From: a virus
IMG/VR virus record: IMGVR_UViG_3300050821_002963
Location: 67,525-131,524 of that record
Reading direction: 5' to 3' (one strand)
Length of the DNA stretch: 64,000 nucleotides
The stretch's first letter is position 1. Each line of letters begins with the position of its first letter. The notes beneath the pieces were generated by a model. The model did not search any database, was not told the origin of the DNA, and saw only the letters and a program-made list of their open reading frames with translations. Both the position numbers and the translations under genes were made by a program. Shown here piece after piece: positions 10,037 through 20,465 of this stretch.

Positions 10037-10633
10037 ATGAGAGTACTGGAAGCAGCGGCGCTGGTTTCTCTCCGGGAAAGCTATCAGCCAAGAACCATCG
10101 ACCAGAAGAAGACTGGGCGAGAGTTGGCTGTGGAACTGTTTGCGGAGGCAGAAGCCAGAGAAGAGCCGTTTATCTACCACACGCCGGAGACGTGGAGGCG
10201 GAAATGGCTGCCGTCACGGGAATTCCGATTGATGCGGATTCCCTTGAATGCTGCTGCTCTGCCTTGTGAACCGAAGGGACGGAATCTGGTACTAAAAAAG
10301 ATTCACGCCCGCGAAGATGGACCAATTCTGGTTGAGTACAACAAGAACAGAATTGGTGGAAGCATCTACGGGTTCACGCCGGAAGTGATTGTGATAGACG
10401 GGAAGCATAGATACCAGGCAGCGGTACTCCGAGGCGATACGCATATCATGGCATTCGTCGGAGAGCTAGCAGCGGAAGTAATGGCAGTTGGTAGTGGGGG
10501 AGGGGGCCCGGCACCTGAAAGGACGACAGGGGCACCGGGCGCCTCTCTCATAGCAAGGATGAAAAAAGTAAAAGCGGCTGGTTCGAAACGGCTGAAGGAA
10601 CTGGACGTAAAGAAAGGTAAGGAGGCGAAGTAG
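10037..10633 (+). CDS. ParB/Srx-like domain protein
   Basis: 'VIVIDGKHRYQAAVLRG'. Confidence 0.65.
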   Translation: MRVLEAAALVSLRESYQPRTIDQKKTGRELAVELFAEAEAREEPFIYHTPETWRRKWLPSREFRLMRIPLNAAALPCEPKGRNLVLKKIHAREDGPILVEYNKNRIGGSIYGFTPEVIVIDGKHRYQAAVLRGDTHIMAFVGELAAEVMAVGSGGGGPAPERTTGAPGASLIARMKKVKAAGSKRLKELDVKKGKEAK

Positions 10634-11416
10634 ATGTCTACGACAACGATTCGAGATTTGTTCGGCGCGGCTCAGTTGAGATTGGAAGCGGGCGTTCCGC
10701 CGGTCAACCAGCAGGGTCCAGCTAGTGGTGGTGGGACGGGTGGTGGCGGTGGGATGCAAGACGACGGAACTGGTATGGGGCCACAGATGCCACCGGAAGT
10801 GGCGAGTGCTCCCTATATCAAGCTGCTGACAAAGCTGGGCTACGAGTATCAGGGTGGAGACGAAGACATGGATGGAAACAGTTTCGGCCAGAGCTTTACC
10901 GGGTCGGACGGAGATTCCATTACGGTCAAGCCGGATGGTTCTTGGTCACGGACCGGGCCGGGTGCTACGAGGGCGCAGGGTAAATCGGTGCAAGACTTGG
11001 GTCAGGCACTGGTAAAGGATACTCTGCAACAGGGAGACGACCAGAATCACCATTACGCTCTGAGACAGGCCGGCTACAACAAAGTCCACACGGATGCGAA
11101 AGGCACGAGCTACTACAAACATCCTCAGACGGGCAAGACGGTACACGTTACGAAGGACGGCAATTGGGGTTCCAGTATCGGAACTGGGCGTGGTGCTTCG
11201 AAGTTGCGTGACTTCCTCGGCAACGAGCAATTGGAAGACACGGACCCGGTCATGCAGCAGAATAAGCTGAAGCAGGGCCAGATGAAGCAGCAGGCCCAGC
11301 AACAGAAGCAGCAGCAGCGATTCGGGAAGTTGACTCCCGGCACAAGGGGTACGACAGGGACACGTGGACCAGCTGGCGGTGGTGCCGGCGGTGGTATGAG
11401 TCGCGGAGGTTTCTAA
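10634..11416 (+). CDS. Gly/Gln-rich protein with a duplicated ~55-aa domain
   Basis: GGAGG RBS; two 'L..GY...G.....V..DG.W' modules. Confidence 0.6.
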   Translation: MSTTTIRDLFGAAQLRLEAGVPPVNQQGPASGGGTGGGGGMQDDGTGMGPQMPPEVASAPYIKLLTKLGYEYQGGDEDMDGNSFGQSFTGSDGDSITVKPDGSWSRTGPGATRAQGKSVQDLGQALVKDTLQQGDDQNHHYALRQAGYNKVHTDAKGTSYYKHPQTGKTVHVTKDGNWGSSIGTGRGASKLRDFLGNEQLEDTDPVMQQNKLKQGQMKQQAQQQKQQQRFGKLTPGTRGTTGTRGPAGGGAGGGMSRGGF

Positions 11417-12004
11417 ATGGACTTGGCAGCTTCTATGGGGTTGCTGGCTAGTCGTGCTAAGGTAAGCGACGGCGAGCGCCCAATTCTTAAAGGTCATGTC
11501 GGTAAGGATGGTTACTTTGAATGTCCTACTGAATTCACGACCAAAGATGAAGTTCGTTGGGCTAAGAATAGAATGCGCTCAGCGCGCATTGCACAGTATG
11601 CCGACGAATCCTGTGGACTGCCAAATACTTATGACAAAGATGGAGCGTATTTATGCGGGGGTAGGGCGGATGGAGGCAGCGAGCCATGTAACATGTTGGT
11701 TGGCTCGGAGTGCCTCATCCGAATAGAGCTATTGCCTACTCCCCATGCCACTAGTTGTATGTGGTGGGAGAAACCAAACGCAGGAGACCCAGAAGGTCGT
11801 CTGTGTCCAAAGGGAAAACTTAGCGATGATAGGTTGGACTATGGGCCGACGAAGAACCCCAAAGGCTTTGGTTGCATACGTTGCGAATATGGGCAGGGAT
11901 TGCTACCGCGACCGGACAGCGAAGGTCGAAAAAGATGGTGTAAGGTAAAGGACCATTCTGTTTCGAACAATTCGTGTTGCGCTGACAATGACCCGGAAAA
12001 ATAA
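11417..12004 (+). CDS. Cys-rich metal-binding protein with leader
   Basis: MDLAASMGLLAS; many Cys incl. CIRC...C...CC. Confidence 0.55.
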   Translation: MDLAASMGLLASRAKVSDGERPILKGHVGKDGYFECPTEFTTKDEVRWAKNRMRSARIAQYADESCGLPNTYDKDGAYLCGGRADGGSEPCNMLVGSECLIRIELLPTPHATSCMWWEKPNAGDPEGRLCPKGKLSDDRLDYGPTKNPKGFGCIRCEYGQGLLPRPDSEGRKRWCKVKDHSVSNNSCCADNDPEK

Positions 12005-12019
12005 ACGTGGAGGTTTCTA

Positions 12020-12229
12020 ATGGCAATGTTCTTTGACGCGGGTTCGAATCAATGGGTGAGTGCGGCGACTGGCAATTACGTGTACAAGCCAGCACCGCAT
12101 CCACCCACGACGTTTCCGGTCTTCGATCCGAGCATCAACGGTTGGACGAGTTCGGGAGACTACGGAACACAGCCTGCTCCAACGAAGCCGTACTTCTCTT
12201 TTCTATCAAACAGTTGGGTCACGAGCTAA
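12020..12229 (+). CDS. Small protein with three internal repeats
   Basis: GGAGG RBS; FFDAGSNQWVS / VFDPSINGWTS / YFSFLSNSWVTS. Confidence 0.65.
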   Translation: MAMFFDAGSNQWVSAATGNYVYKPAPHPPTTFPVFDPSINGWTSSGDYGTQPAPTKPYFSFLSNSWVTS

Positions 12230-12238
12230 GGAGGGCAG

Positions 12239-12526
12239 ATGAGTTTGAGTATCAGGAGTATGATGGCGGCTGGTGAGTTGGCGATACAGGCTACTTACCA
12301 GCCACCAAAGAAGAAATGTAATTGCGGTTGCGGTCATTGCAAAGGAGAAAACAAGATGTCCAAGGAAATCAAGGCAGAGAGACAGAGTCCGAATTCGGTT
12401 TCTACTCCTGCGAAGAAGCAGGAACCGACGGCGGAAATCTGGAAGAAGGGTGGAGCGAAGTCCCCGGATGAGGCCCTCAGTACGGACAAGAACTCCGTCC
12501 GGCAACCTGTTAAGTGTGGTAAGTAG
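12239..12526 (+). CDS. Hypothetical protein
   Basis: AAGGAGG RBS; CNCGCGHC cluster. Confidence 0.55.
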   Translation: MSLSIRSMMAAGELAIQATYQPPKKKCNCGCGHCKGENKMSKEIKAERQSPNSVSTPAKKQEPTAEIWKKGGAKSPDEALSTDKNSVRQPVKCGK

Positions 12527-12587
12527 GGCTATTAAAGTGGGAAATAATCGCTCAGTAAAGCGTTCTGGAGGACGTTCGTAGGGGCCT

Positions 12588-13037
12588 ATGTCATACACTA
12601 AGACCGTCCTCAAAGAAACGCCAAGCGGACCAATCGAGATATCCTTCGATGGGGTCATGACGCGGGTGGAATTCAACTGCAAATGTATAGACGCGGTAGA
12701 GATGTGTCGTGGTATGTGCTGCAGAATGCGGACTGGTTTCTCGGTCGAATTGGAACAGGATGAGCTGGAGAAGTTCAAGCATAGACCTCATCCTTCCAAG
12801 CCCGGCGTTACTCTACTGGCAGCTACGGAAGATGGGATGCAGTGTACGTACTTGAAAGAGCCGGGGCTTTGTTCGGTACATTTGGATAAACCAAAGATGT
12901 GTCGGCAGTGGGGTTGCTCACCGGGAACGGAATGGGAAGACTACACGATACCGGTCAGAGACGCGGGTTGGATGCTATTCCCAGTACGAAGGGAGGAAGC
13001 AGCGTTTATTCAAATCCAGATGGCAAAGAAAGAATAA
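12588..13037 (+). CDS. YkgJ-like cysteine cluster protein
   Basis: C...CRGMCC, CTYL...LCSVH..KPKMCRQW. Confidence 0.7.
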   Translation: MSYTKTVLKETPSGPIEISFDGVMTRVEFNCKCIDAVEMCRGMCCRMRTGFSVELEQDELEKFKHRPHPSKPGVTLLAATEDGMQCTYLKEPGLCSVHLDKPKMCRQWGCSPGTEWEDYTIPVRDAGWMLFPVRREEAAFIQIQMAKKE

Positions 13038-13232
13038 ATGACTCAGCTTTGGAGCTTCATTCAGGCTCATCCGTTTGGCACTTTCTTCGTGGCGGCGATT
13101 TTGGTGGAGCAGTTGCCGCCACCGACAGAAGAGTCGTCGGAGTTTTACAAGTACATCTATTCAGTCTTGCAGGCATTGGTGGCGAACTGGAGAAGAACAA
13201 AGGATGCGTATAAATTAATCGGGAGCAAATAA
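13038..13232 (+). CDS. Small membrane-associated protein
   Basis: Two short hydrophobic helices; abuts the upstream gene. Confidence 0.45.
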   Translation: MTQLWSFIQAHPFGTFFVAAILVEQLPPPTEESSEFYKYIYSVLQALVANWRRTKDAYKLIGSK

Positions 13233-13385
13233 GAATGAACTGTGGACTTTGCGAGAAGGAAGCGAAGTGGAGAATCAACGACCAGGAAGGCGGCATCATC
13301 AGATACTGTTGCGACGAACATTTGGTAACGCTGGTGGCAAAGTTGAGGGTGTTCGTAGGGAGCAGAGTAGTCAAGGAACAACAGC

Positions 13386-13850
13386 ATGAGCATATTGAAA
13401 CCAACGCCAGGTGAGCTGATAGACAGGGCAACGATCCTTTCCCTGAAGATAGTGTTCGGACATGTCAAGGGGATGGACGTAAGCCATTTTAAGAAAGAAG
13501 AAGATGAAGTATGGGAAAGACTCAAAGAAGAAGGGTATGCGGTTATAGAGCAGTTGGACCCACATACGGATTACGCAGTGTGGGAAGATGAGACCAAGAA
13601 GATAATCGCAGAGCTACAGACGGTGAACGGCATCCTCTGGGGACTGGAAGATATGGTCAGGAAGACGGCTAAGCACGAGTTCATGGAGTTGGGGAAACTC
13701 TGTGTAGGGATTGCGGCTTCCAATGATACGAGGAGTGAACTGATTCAGAAAGCCAACAAGCACTATTTTCTGGAGACGAAGCCAGAGAAAGTCTACGACA
13801 AACCAAAGAAGAATTTCGTTTCAGATATTGACTTGGGAGATGCTGGGTGA
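13386..13850 (+). CDS. Hypothetical helical protein of a type often found near glycosyltransferases
   Basis: 'PGELIDRATILSLK...VNGILWGLED..R...NDTR' pattern. Confidence 0.6.
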   Translation: MSILKPTPGELIDRATILSLKIVFGHVKGMDVSHFKKEEDEVWERLKEEGYAVIEQLDPHTDYAVWEDETKKIIAELQTVNGILWGLEDMVRKTAKHEFMELGKLCVGIAASNDTRSELIQKANKHYFLETKPEKVYDKPKKNFVSDIDLGDAG

Positions 13851-14269
13851 TACTGGCTGCGGCAATAGAGTTGTGGTGTGGTGGGCCGGGTTCTGGATGT
13901 CACGGTGAGAACTGTGGCCGCCATAAGGTTGTGGAAGACTTGTTGAAGCATCATGATTCTATTGTCGAGGACCCTAGACGGATGAACGTTGAGTCGGTCT
14001 TTACCGGGAAGCAGAGAGCGGCTTTAGAGTGGCAAGGCAAAGCACTAAAAGGTTTGATGGATGACATTACAGACCGTGTCGGCCATCCGGATGCAAGGGA
14101 ATACGTAAGGAAGGCGGCTAGTCGTTTGGATACAGCGGACGAAAAGATGGCTGCGGAACAGTACTCGGCAGCAATGCTACATCAAGAGGAAGCTTTAATG
14201 GATTTGCATGAGGCAATCAGAATCACGGATAGGTATCCATCTTCGATAAGGCAGGTGGCACACGCGTAA
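13847..14269 (+). CDS. Helical protein with leader + GGPGSGC motif
   Basis: MILAAAIELWCGGPGSGCHGENCGR. Confidence 0.65.
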   Translation: MILAAAIELWCGGPGSGCHGENCGRHKVVEDLLKHHDSIVEDPRRMNVESVFTGKQRAALEWQGKALKGLMDDITDRVGHPDAREYVRKAASRLDTADEKMAAEQYSAAMLHQEEALMDLHEAIRITDRYPSSIRQVAHA

Positions 14270-14580
14270 TGGATAAGGGATTGGGAGATACGATTAGACG
14301 GGTTACGACCAGACTTGGGGTAAGGACTTGTGGTAGCTGTCAGAAAAGGGCGGCGGTACTGAACAGATACTTTCCTTACTACCACGGTGAGCCGACGAGG
14401 ACGGTGGAACGGGAAAGTGAGGACGGCAAAGTAAAGCTGGTTCATCTATCCAGTGGGTACCTGGTGGTGGAATACCCGGAATCATTAACTGGTAACGTTA
14501 TTCAAGTTCCTTTCCACGAAAGGCATAGAGAGCACGTAGAGAAGTTCTTCGACGCGGTAATCAAAGGAAGAAAAGAATGA
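14269..14580 (+). CDS. Hypothetical phage protein
   Basis: 'GLGDTI...CGSCQKRAAVLNRYFPY' motif; TAATG coupling. Confidence 0.6.
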   Translation: MDKGLGDTIRRVTTRLGVRTCGSCQKRAAVLNRYFPYYHGEPTRTVERESEDGKVKLVHLSSGYLVVEYPESLTGNVIQVPFHERHREHVEKFFDAVIKGRKE

Positions 14581-15872
14581 AAATCACGGAAAGAAAAACC
14601 TGCCGGGCTTGCCAGATGGATTTACCGGAAGAGAATGTGTTGAGTCTAGGCAGCCACGAAGTGGTGGACTTCGTTCAGTTGCTGGATGAGGGACGGGGAC
14701 AGGCTCCATTGGACCTGGTCGTTTGTCGGAACAGCCATTGCAACCTTCTTCAGCTCAGGCATACGGTTGACGCCGACACGTTGTTCAGGAAATTTTGGTA
14801 CAGGTCGGGCATCAACGAGCAAATGAAAGTTGCGTTAAAAGATGTTGTGGATTCTGTACAACATTATGTGACGCTACAGGGCCACGATGTGGTGGGCGAC
14901 ATCGGGTCGAACGACGGGACTACGTTGGGCTTCTTTGGCAAGGAACTGAGAAGGGTCGGTTTTGAACCAGCGACGGAGTTGGCGCGAGAGTCACAGAAGC
15001 CTGGAACAAAAATAGTCAACGATTATTTTTCGGCCTTCGAAGCGCTGAAAGCTTCTCATGGTAGGAAGTACAAGTGCCTTTTGGCTTTGGCTATGTTCTA
15101 TGACTTGGACCATCCGGAACAATTTTTACGGGACGTGGCCCAGGTGTTGCATCCGGAAGGTGTCTTCGTAGTGCAGATGAATTACTTGGGGCTGATGCTG
15201 AGGAACTTAACGTTCGACAACATCGGGCACGAACATCTTTGCTACTACAGCTTGAGTTCATTGCAACCGCTGTTCTCCAGAGTCGGGCTTAGAATAGTGG
15301 ATGTGGAAATCAACGACGTGAACGGAGGCAGCTTCCGGGTCTACGCTAAGCCGGGTCATCATCCAGTCGAGCCTACGGTGGCTACGTTGCTGGCAGAAGA
15401 AGCAGAAGCGGTAAACCTGGACGCGATACTCAGATTCGGTAAACGGGTGGAACAGACTATAGGAGAGTTGCGGATATTCATAGAGAAGTTGAACAAGCAG
15501 GGCAAGAAAGTTTACGCGTATGGGGCTTCGACTAGAGGGTCAACGTTGCTACAAGCAATGTTTCCGGATGGTAAGGCACATGACTATATCGCGGGAGTTG
15601 CTGAGAGAGACGAAAGAAAAGTTGGCAGAAGAACGGCTGGCACTTATCTGCCTATTGTTTCGGAACAAGCTGCAAGGGAAGATGCGGATTTTTTCCTAAT
15701 TTTGGTTTACCACTTCTGGCACTCCATCAGTCAGAGGGAAAGGTCGTGGATGCTAACGGGTGGTCGGTGCATCATTCCTTTGCCGAGACCGAAGGTGGTG
15801 GCATTGGAGGAAGTAGGGCTTGGTGGGAAGTTCTTTCCAGTGGCAATGGATTTGCCACAGGTAGTAGCGTAG
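14577..15872 (+). CDS. NDP-hexose C-methyltransferase
   Basis: N-terminal Zn site CRAC...C..HC.LLQL, DIGSNDG SAM motif, HEHLCYYS, C-terminal YGASTRGSTLL. Confidence 0.85.
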   Translation: MKITERKTCRACQMDLPEENVLSLGSHEVVDFVQLLDEGRGQAPLDLVVCRNSHCNLLQLRHTVDADTLFRKFWYRSGINEQMKVALKDVVDSVQHYVTLQGHDVVGDIGSNDGTTLGFFGKELRRVGFEPATELARESQKPGTKIVNDYFSAFEALKASHGRKYKCLLALAMFYDLDHPEQFLRDVAQVLHPEGVFVVQMNYLGLMLRNLTFDNIGHEHLCYYSLSSLQPLFSRVGLRIVDVEINDVNGGSFRVYAKPGHHPVEPTVATLLAEEAEAVNLDAILRFGKRVEQTIGELRIFIEKLNKQGKKVYAYGASTRGSTLLQAMFPDGKAHDYIAGVAERDERKVGRRTAGTYLPIVSEQAAREDADFFLILVYHFWHSISQRERSWMLTGGRCIIPLPRPKVVALEEVGLGGKFFPVAMDLPQVVA

Positions 15873-15881
15873 GAGCAAAGA

Positions 15882-16874
15882 ATGACGAAAGCAATGGTTA
15901 TTGGAGCAAACGGTCAGATTGGCAGCTACCTGTGTGAGCTGCTAAAAGAAAAAGGCTATGAGGTGGCTAGGGAGACTTCTTTCTCTCTGCCTTTGAGCAC
16001 GAAGTATCTCAAGCAGGAATTCAGGGCAGAGTTGGCTCGTCATATGCCGGACGAGATTTACAACATGGCGGCAATGAACTACGCACCAGATTCGTGGAAC
16101 CTTCCGCTAACGTATGTGCAGGTAAACGGAATGGCACCATTGGTCATGTTGAGTGTCCTGGATGAACCTGGACACAGGCACATCAAATTTTTTCAGGCTG
16201 GTTCGGCGGAAGTGTTCGAGAAGGCTTCGGTTATGCAATCAGAGGATACGAACAGGTTGCCGGAGAATCCATATGGGTTATCGAAGATGCTGGCTATGGA
16301 GGCAGTTAGAATTTATAGAGAACGCGGTCTATTTGCGTGCACTGGAATATTTTTTAACGCGGAATCTCCGAGACGGAAAGATACTTTCTTTGCTCGGAAG
16401 GTAGCGAAGGAAGCGGTGAGGCTGAAGAGAGAGATGGAAGCTACCAGTGAAGAGAGAATGAGACATCCAGTTATGCCTATCGTTCTTGGCAAGCTGGAAG
16501 CGAGAAGAGATTGGGGTTGGGCACCTGAGTATGCGGAAGTGGCATGGAAAATGCTACAACATTCAATACCAATTGATTTGGTCATTGGCACGGGTGAGTC
16601 GAGGACTTGTAGAGAGTTCGTTTTGGAATGTCTAAAGGCAGCTAAGCTTCCAGATCCAGAAGTGCACTTCGATTACTACGTCAAGTATGAGAAAGTAAAA
16701 GAGTATACGGCAAGAGATACGATGAGAGCGTGTCCAGAACTAGCGAGGAAGGTGTTGGGATGGCAAGCACAGTACAAGTTCAGCGACGTAGCGAGGATGT
16801 TGGTGGAAGAGGAATCAAGGAAGTCCCAGCCAAGGGAAGAGTCTATAGCTGGATTGACCAGAACTATAGAATGA
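15882..16874 (+). CDS. GDP-mannose 4,6-dehydratase-like SDR (paralog 1)
   Basis: GANGQIG, PYGLSK, FNAESPRR, RDWGWA. Confidence 0.8.
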   Translation: MTKAMVIGANGQIGSYLCELLKEKGYEVARETSFSLPLSTKYLKQEFRAELARHMPDEIYNMAAMNYAPDSWNLPLTYVQVNGMAPLVMLSVLDEPGHRHIKFFQAGSAEVFEKASVMQSEDTNRLPENPYGLSKMLAMEAVRIYRERGLFACTGIFFNAESPRRKDTFFARKVAKEAVRLKREMEATSEERMRHPVMPIVLGKLEARRDWGWAPEYAEVAWKMLQHSIPIDLVIGTGESRTCREFVLECLKAAKLPDPEVHFDYYVKYEKVKEYTARDTMRACPELARKVLGWQAQYKFSDVARMLVEEESRKSQPREESIAGLTRTIE

Positions 16875-16929
16875 TAATGCTGGGTTGTATGCTGGTGGAA
16901 CTTCTGATGATTGGATGGCTCTGCATAAA

Positions 16930-17919
16930 ATGAGAATAGCACTGGTAACAAATTGGGATGAACATTGTGCGGTGGCTGAGTACGCCAGGAACTTGACGGA
17001 CTATTGTACAAGGGTGGATGAAGAAGTCTCATTCAAGGTGGTGACTAGACCTTTAACGTACGAAGCAATCTGGGAACGGGTAAAGGATGTGGACGTAATC
17101 CACTTTAACTATTGTGCCCATGCTTTCTCTCAGATGGACCCATCGGCGTGGAAGAACTTTCAGACCATCAAGCCGGTGGTGATGACGGTGCACGAGTCTA
17201 CGGATTGGATGGTTAGGAGACTGGCTAAGACGGAGATTGCGGATAAGTTCGTGATGCACGACAAGTTTAGGGATGGGATGCCTGCACCTGAGAACGTGGT
17301 TACGATTCCTTATGGCGTGCCGGAAGTGGATATATCGGATGTAAAAGTGGAAAGAAAGGTTGGTACATTCGGATGCGCGTTCCCTTGGAAGGGCTTACTG
17401 CCACTAGCATACGCGTGTGGACAGTTAGAGATACCACTGGATATGTATTTGTCGGAGCCGGATTCGGACAAAGGTCAGATGGATTGGCGGAGATTAATTA
17501 CCGAGCTGGAGGAAGTCGGGGGACAGATAGGGATTTGGAAAGACTGGCAGATGCAAAAAGAAATCATCAGGAAGCTTGCATCCTGCGCCGTAATAGCTTT
17601 ACCATTCGATCCTTGTTCACCGATTACCGGTATCAGTGCTTCGGTGAGATTGGCATTAGCCGCGAAGAGACCTTTGGTACTGACTAAGTTCTTTCACTTT
17701 GCGGACTTGTTTGACTTTGATGAAGACACTAATGACATTTGGTGGGTAGAAGGCAACTTAGAAAAGCAGTTGCAATCTGTTATGAGACTTTTCGATCATG
17801 GTTGTGGCCTAAGTATTAGTGATCATCTTTATAACGATATGAAGTGGTCGGTGGCGGCACAGAAGTATGTAGAGCTTTACAAAACAGTACGAACAAAGGA
17901 GGCAGTACATGCCGGATAA
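16930..17919 (+). CDS. GT-B (GT4-like) glycosyltransferase
   Basis: 'CAVAEYARNL', TVHE, IPYGVP, FPWKG, 'SASVRLALAAKRPLVLT'. Confidence 0.75.
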   Translation: MRIALVTNWDEHCAVAEYARNLTDYCTRVDEEVSFKVVTRPLTYEAIWERVKDVDVIHFNYCAHAFSQMDPSAWKNFQTIKPVVMTVHESTDWMVRRLAKTEIADKFVMHDKFRDGMPAPENVVTIPYGVPEVDISDVKVERKVGTFGCAFPWKGLLPLAYACGQLEIPLDMYLSEPDSDKGQMDWRRLITELEEVGGQIGIWKDWQMQKEIIRKLASCAVIALPFDPCSPITGISASVRLALAAKRPLVLTKFFHFADLFDFDEDTNDIWWVEGNLEKQLQSVMRLFDHGCGLSISDHLYNDMKWSVAAQKYVELYKTVRTKEAVHAG

Positions 17920-18118
17920 GTTGACAGAGTTGTTCAATACTTGGTCGGTTGATAATCCAGCGGGAGACTTGTTTCAAGCTTTTCAAGGTGGGCTTTCAGC
18001 CGGGTCGTTCAGTACTAGAATGAGAGCTGTGGCGATTGTGCAGAAGGCTCAGATAAGCAACGATGAGAAGAACGAGTTGCTGACTGCAATCGGCACGCTG
18101 TCGGATATTCCAGAATAA
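17909..18118 (+). CDS. Hypothetical protein
   Basis: AAGGAGG RBS; coupled to both neighbours. Confidence 0.55.
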   Translation: MPDKLTELFNTWSVDNPAGDLFQAFQGGLSAGSFSTRMRAVAIVQKAQISNDEKNELLTAIGTLSDIPE

Positions 18119-19560
18119 TGGCTAAAGTCCTACTACTCGATAGCCCAAGCTGGCGGTTGTTTAACCCAAAATTGCATTGCCATCTTGGTATCCTTTATCT
18201 GGCTGGAAGCTTGAGAGAAGCGGGACACGATGTGCGAGTTCTGGATTGTCACAGAGTCACAGGATGGGATGGCGAGAACCTGATTTTGCATAAGGAGCTG
18301 ATGGAGCCTTGTGACATTCTTGGTATCTCAGCGACTACTGCCAACGTGAATTGGGGAATTGAAATGGCCAGAGATTGGCCAGCAAAAGTAAAAGTACTTG
18401 GCGGAACGCACGTTACGCATATCATGGAAGGGTCGCACGAGAAGTTCAAGAAGGCAAAGTATTTTCCAGTTTTTGACTACTTGTTTGGTGGCGAGTGTGA
18501 AGAAATTTTTCCAATTTTTTGCACGCATTGGGAAAAAGGTTGGTTGGATAGCTGGAAGCAAAGATATATCCACGGTGTTGTGCACAAGTTGGGCGATTCT
18601 TTATTTTGGCACGGACCATTCCGAGAACCTGACGTTACTAAATTACCTGGACCGGCGTTCGACTTGTGGGAGGCAGGTTTTGAAAAAGGAGCCTTGAGCT
18701 CGACATCGGCTAAAGGTAAGGAACTAGATGCGAACAGCATGATGACGGCAAGTCTTTACACAGCAAGAGGATGTCCATACGGTTGCACGTTCTGTGCGGA
18801 TGCGAGGACGAAACTTCGTGAAGAGACCTTTGAGCAAATCGAGAAAGAAGCAAAGCAGTTGGCAGAACTTGGGGTACAGGCCGTACGGTTACAAGATGAT
18901 ACATTCACCATCAAAGAAGATAGATGCAGAAGAATCTCTGACATCCTGTACAACTACGGATTCAAATGGCGTGCTTGCACCAGAGTTAACCTTAAGAATG
19001 AAAAACTATTTGAGTACATGGCAGAACACGGATGCACAGAACTTGGATTCGGAGTCGAACACGGCTCAGCAAGAATGCTAAAGGCGATGAACAAGGGTAC
19101 AACACCACAAGCTAACGAGTTGGGAATAAAGATGTGTCAGGATGCGGGCATGTTTGCGAGAGCGTTTCTGATGTTGGGTTTCCCAGGGGAGACTGAGGAA
19201 TCCATTGAGGAGATGGAAAAATGGATTTTGAAAGTCCGCCCGTCGGCTGTGACACTATCCCTTTTTCAGCCATTTCCTGGCTCGGATGTTTGGAACCATC
19301 CGGAGAAATATGGTGTAGAGATTCCGGACGGGGCTTTCGACAAGTTCTGGCAATTGGGTGGAGACTCAGACCCGGACATGATGGTCTTAAGTCTATCGAC
19401 GATATCGAAGCAGTCTTTATATGCACACAGGCAGCGTCTGATTAAGGTGTTCGAGGCTGAGATTGGAAAGCTGGACCGGACGCAGGTGCATGGCAACGTG
19501 GGGACATTTGGACCTATGGTAAAAGACGCTGGGTTCAATTCGGATTGTGTGACGGCATGA
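18118..19560 (+). CDS. B12-binding radical SAM protein
   Basis: 'LGILYLAGSL..AGHDV', 'GGTHVT', CPYGCTFC, 'GFPGET'. Confidence 0.9.
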   Translation: MAKVLLLDSPSWRLFNPKLHCHLGILYLAGSLREAGHDVRVLDCHRVTGWDGENLILHKELMEPCDILGISATTANVNWGIEMARDWPAKVKVLGGTHVTHIMEGSHEKFKKAKYFPVFDYLFGGECEEIFPIFCTHWEKGWLDSWKQRYIHGVVHKLGDSLFWHGPFREPDVTKLPGPAFDLWEAGFEKGALSSTSAKGKELDANSMMTASLYTARGCPYGCTFCADARTKLREETFEQIEKEAKQLAELGVQAVRLQDDTFTIKEDRCRRISDILYNYGFKWRACTRVNLKNEKLFEYMAEHGCTELGFGVEHGSARMLKAMNKGTTPQANELGIKMCQDAGMFARAFLMLGFPGETEESIEEMEKWILKVRPSAVTLSLFQPFPGSDVWNHPEKYGVEIPDGAFDKFWQLGGDSDPDMMVLSLSTISKQSLYAHRQRLIKVFEAEIGKLDRTQVHGNVGTFGPMVKDAGFNSDCVTA

Positions 19561-19767
19561 GACTACATCCGGCGCCAGAGTTGAAAGACGTGGACTACCG
19601 TTGGTATGCATCTAGATTGGAAGCAATGATAAGGGCTGGTGAGCCTAGTAACTTGTACACTAAGGAAGAAGGTTGGTTGGAAGAAGCTAAGATTTGCTTC
19701 AAGTTTCTGACTACAGTGCCGACGCACGAACTCGGCTTTAAGATTCTCAGATGGAAAGGTCTAAAGA

Positions 19768-20451
19768 ATGAAACTCGGGATAGTTCTACCCAGCTACCTG
19801 TACAACGAGGAAAGGAAGAGATTAGCGGGGAACGCCTTCGTATCCCTAGCGAGAACGGACTCGTTACCGCAGACTTCCACGTTGCTGCTTCTGGTGAGGC
19901 GCGGGACTTCTCAGTCCTACACGGTGCCGATGGAGATGCTGCAAAAGAAATTCCATGTGATACTAAAGACGGACGAGGGGCTGGAAGGGACGGAACAAAC
20001 CCTCGCGTTCGGAACTACTTGGTTATTTGAGAATAGAGATGTGGACTATGTGACTTGGATGGGAGACGACGCTCTGTTTAACCCTCTTTGGTTGTGGAGA
20101 TTGGATGGGTTGATAAAGAGGCATCCGAAGGCGGTGAGTTGGTCGGTGTATCGTTCGGCTTTCGAGTTCGTGCACAGGACCATACAGGAGACAGAAGAAG
20201 ATGTAATGGTTCGGTCTATTTGCGGTCATGGGTTGACATTCTCAAAGAAAGAATGGACGGAGTGGGGAATAGATTGGACAAAGAGAGGTTGGAATTGCCA
20301 TCAAGGAGATACTTTGGATTTGGTTCACTCGGAGGAAAGGTCGGGTGAGAGATGGGTAACGAAACAGAGTTATGTGAATCACATGGGCAAAGTCGGCGTA
20401 CATTGCACTCCGGATATCCCTGAGTACGCGAAAGATTTCCAGCCCGCTTAG
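19768..20451 (+). CDS. GT-A (GT2-like) glycosyltransferase
   Basis: 'IVLPSY', 'DYVTWMGDDALF', C-terminal 'YVNHMG'. Confidence 0.6.
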   Translation: MKLGIVLPSYLYNEERKRLAGNAFVSLARTDSLPQTSTLLLLVRRGTSQSYTVPMEMLQKKFHVILKTDEGLEGTEQTLAFGTTWLFENRDVDYVTWMGDDALFNPLWLWRLDGLIKRHPKAVSWSVYRSAFEFVHRTIQETEEDVMVRSICGHGLTFSKKEWTEWGIDWTKRGWNCHQGDTLDLVHSEERSGERWVTKQSYVNHMGKVGVHCTPDIPEYAKDFQPA

Positions 20452-20465
20452 AAAAAGGAGACTTC

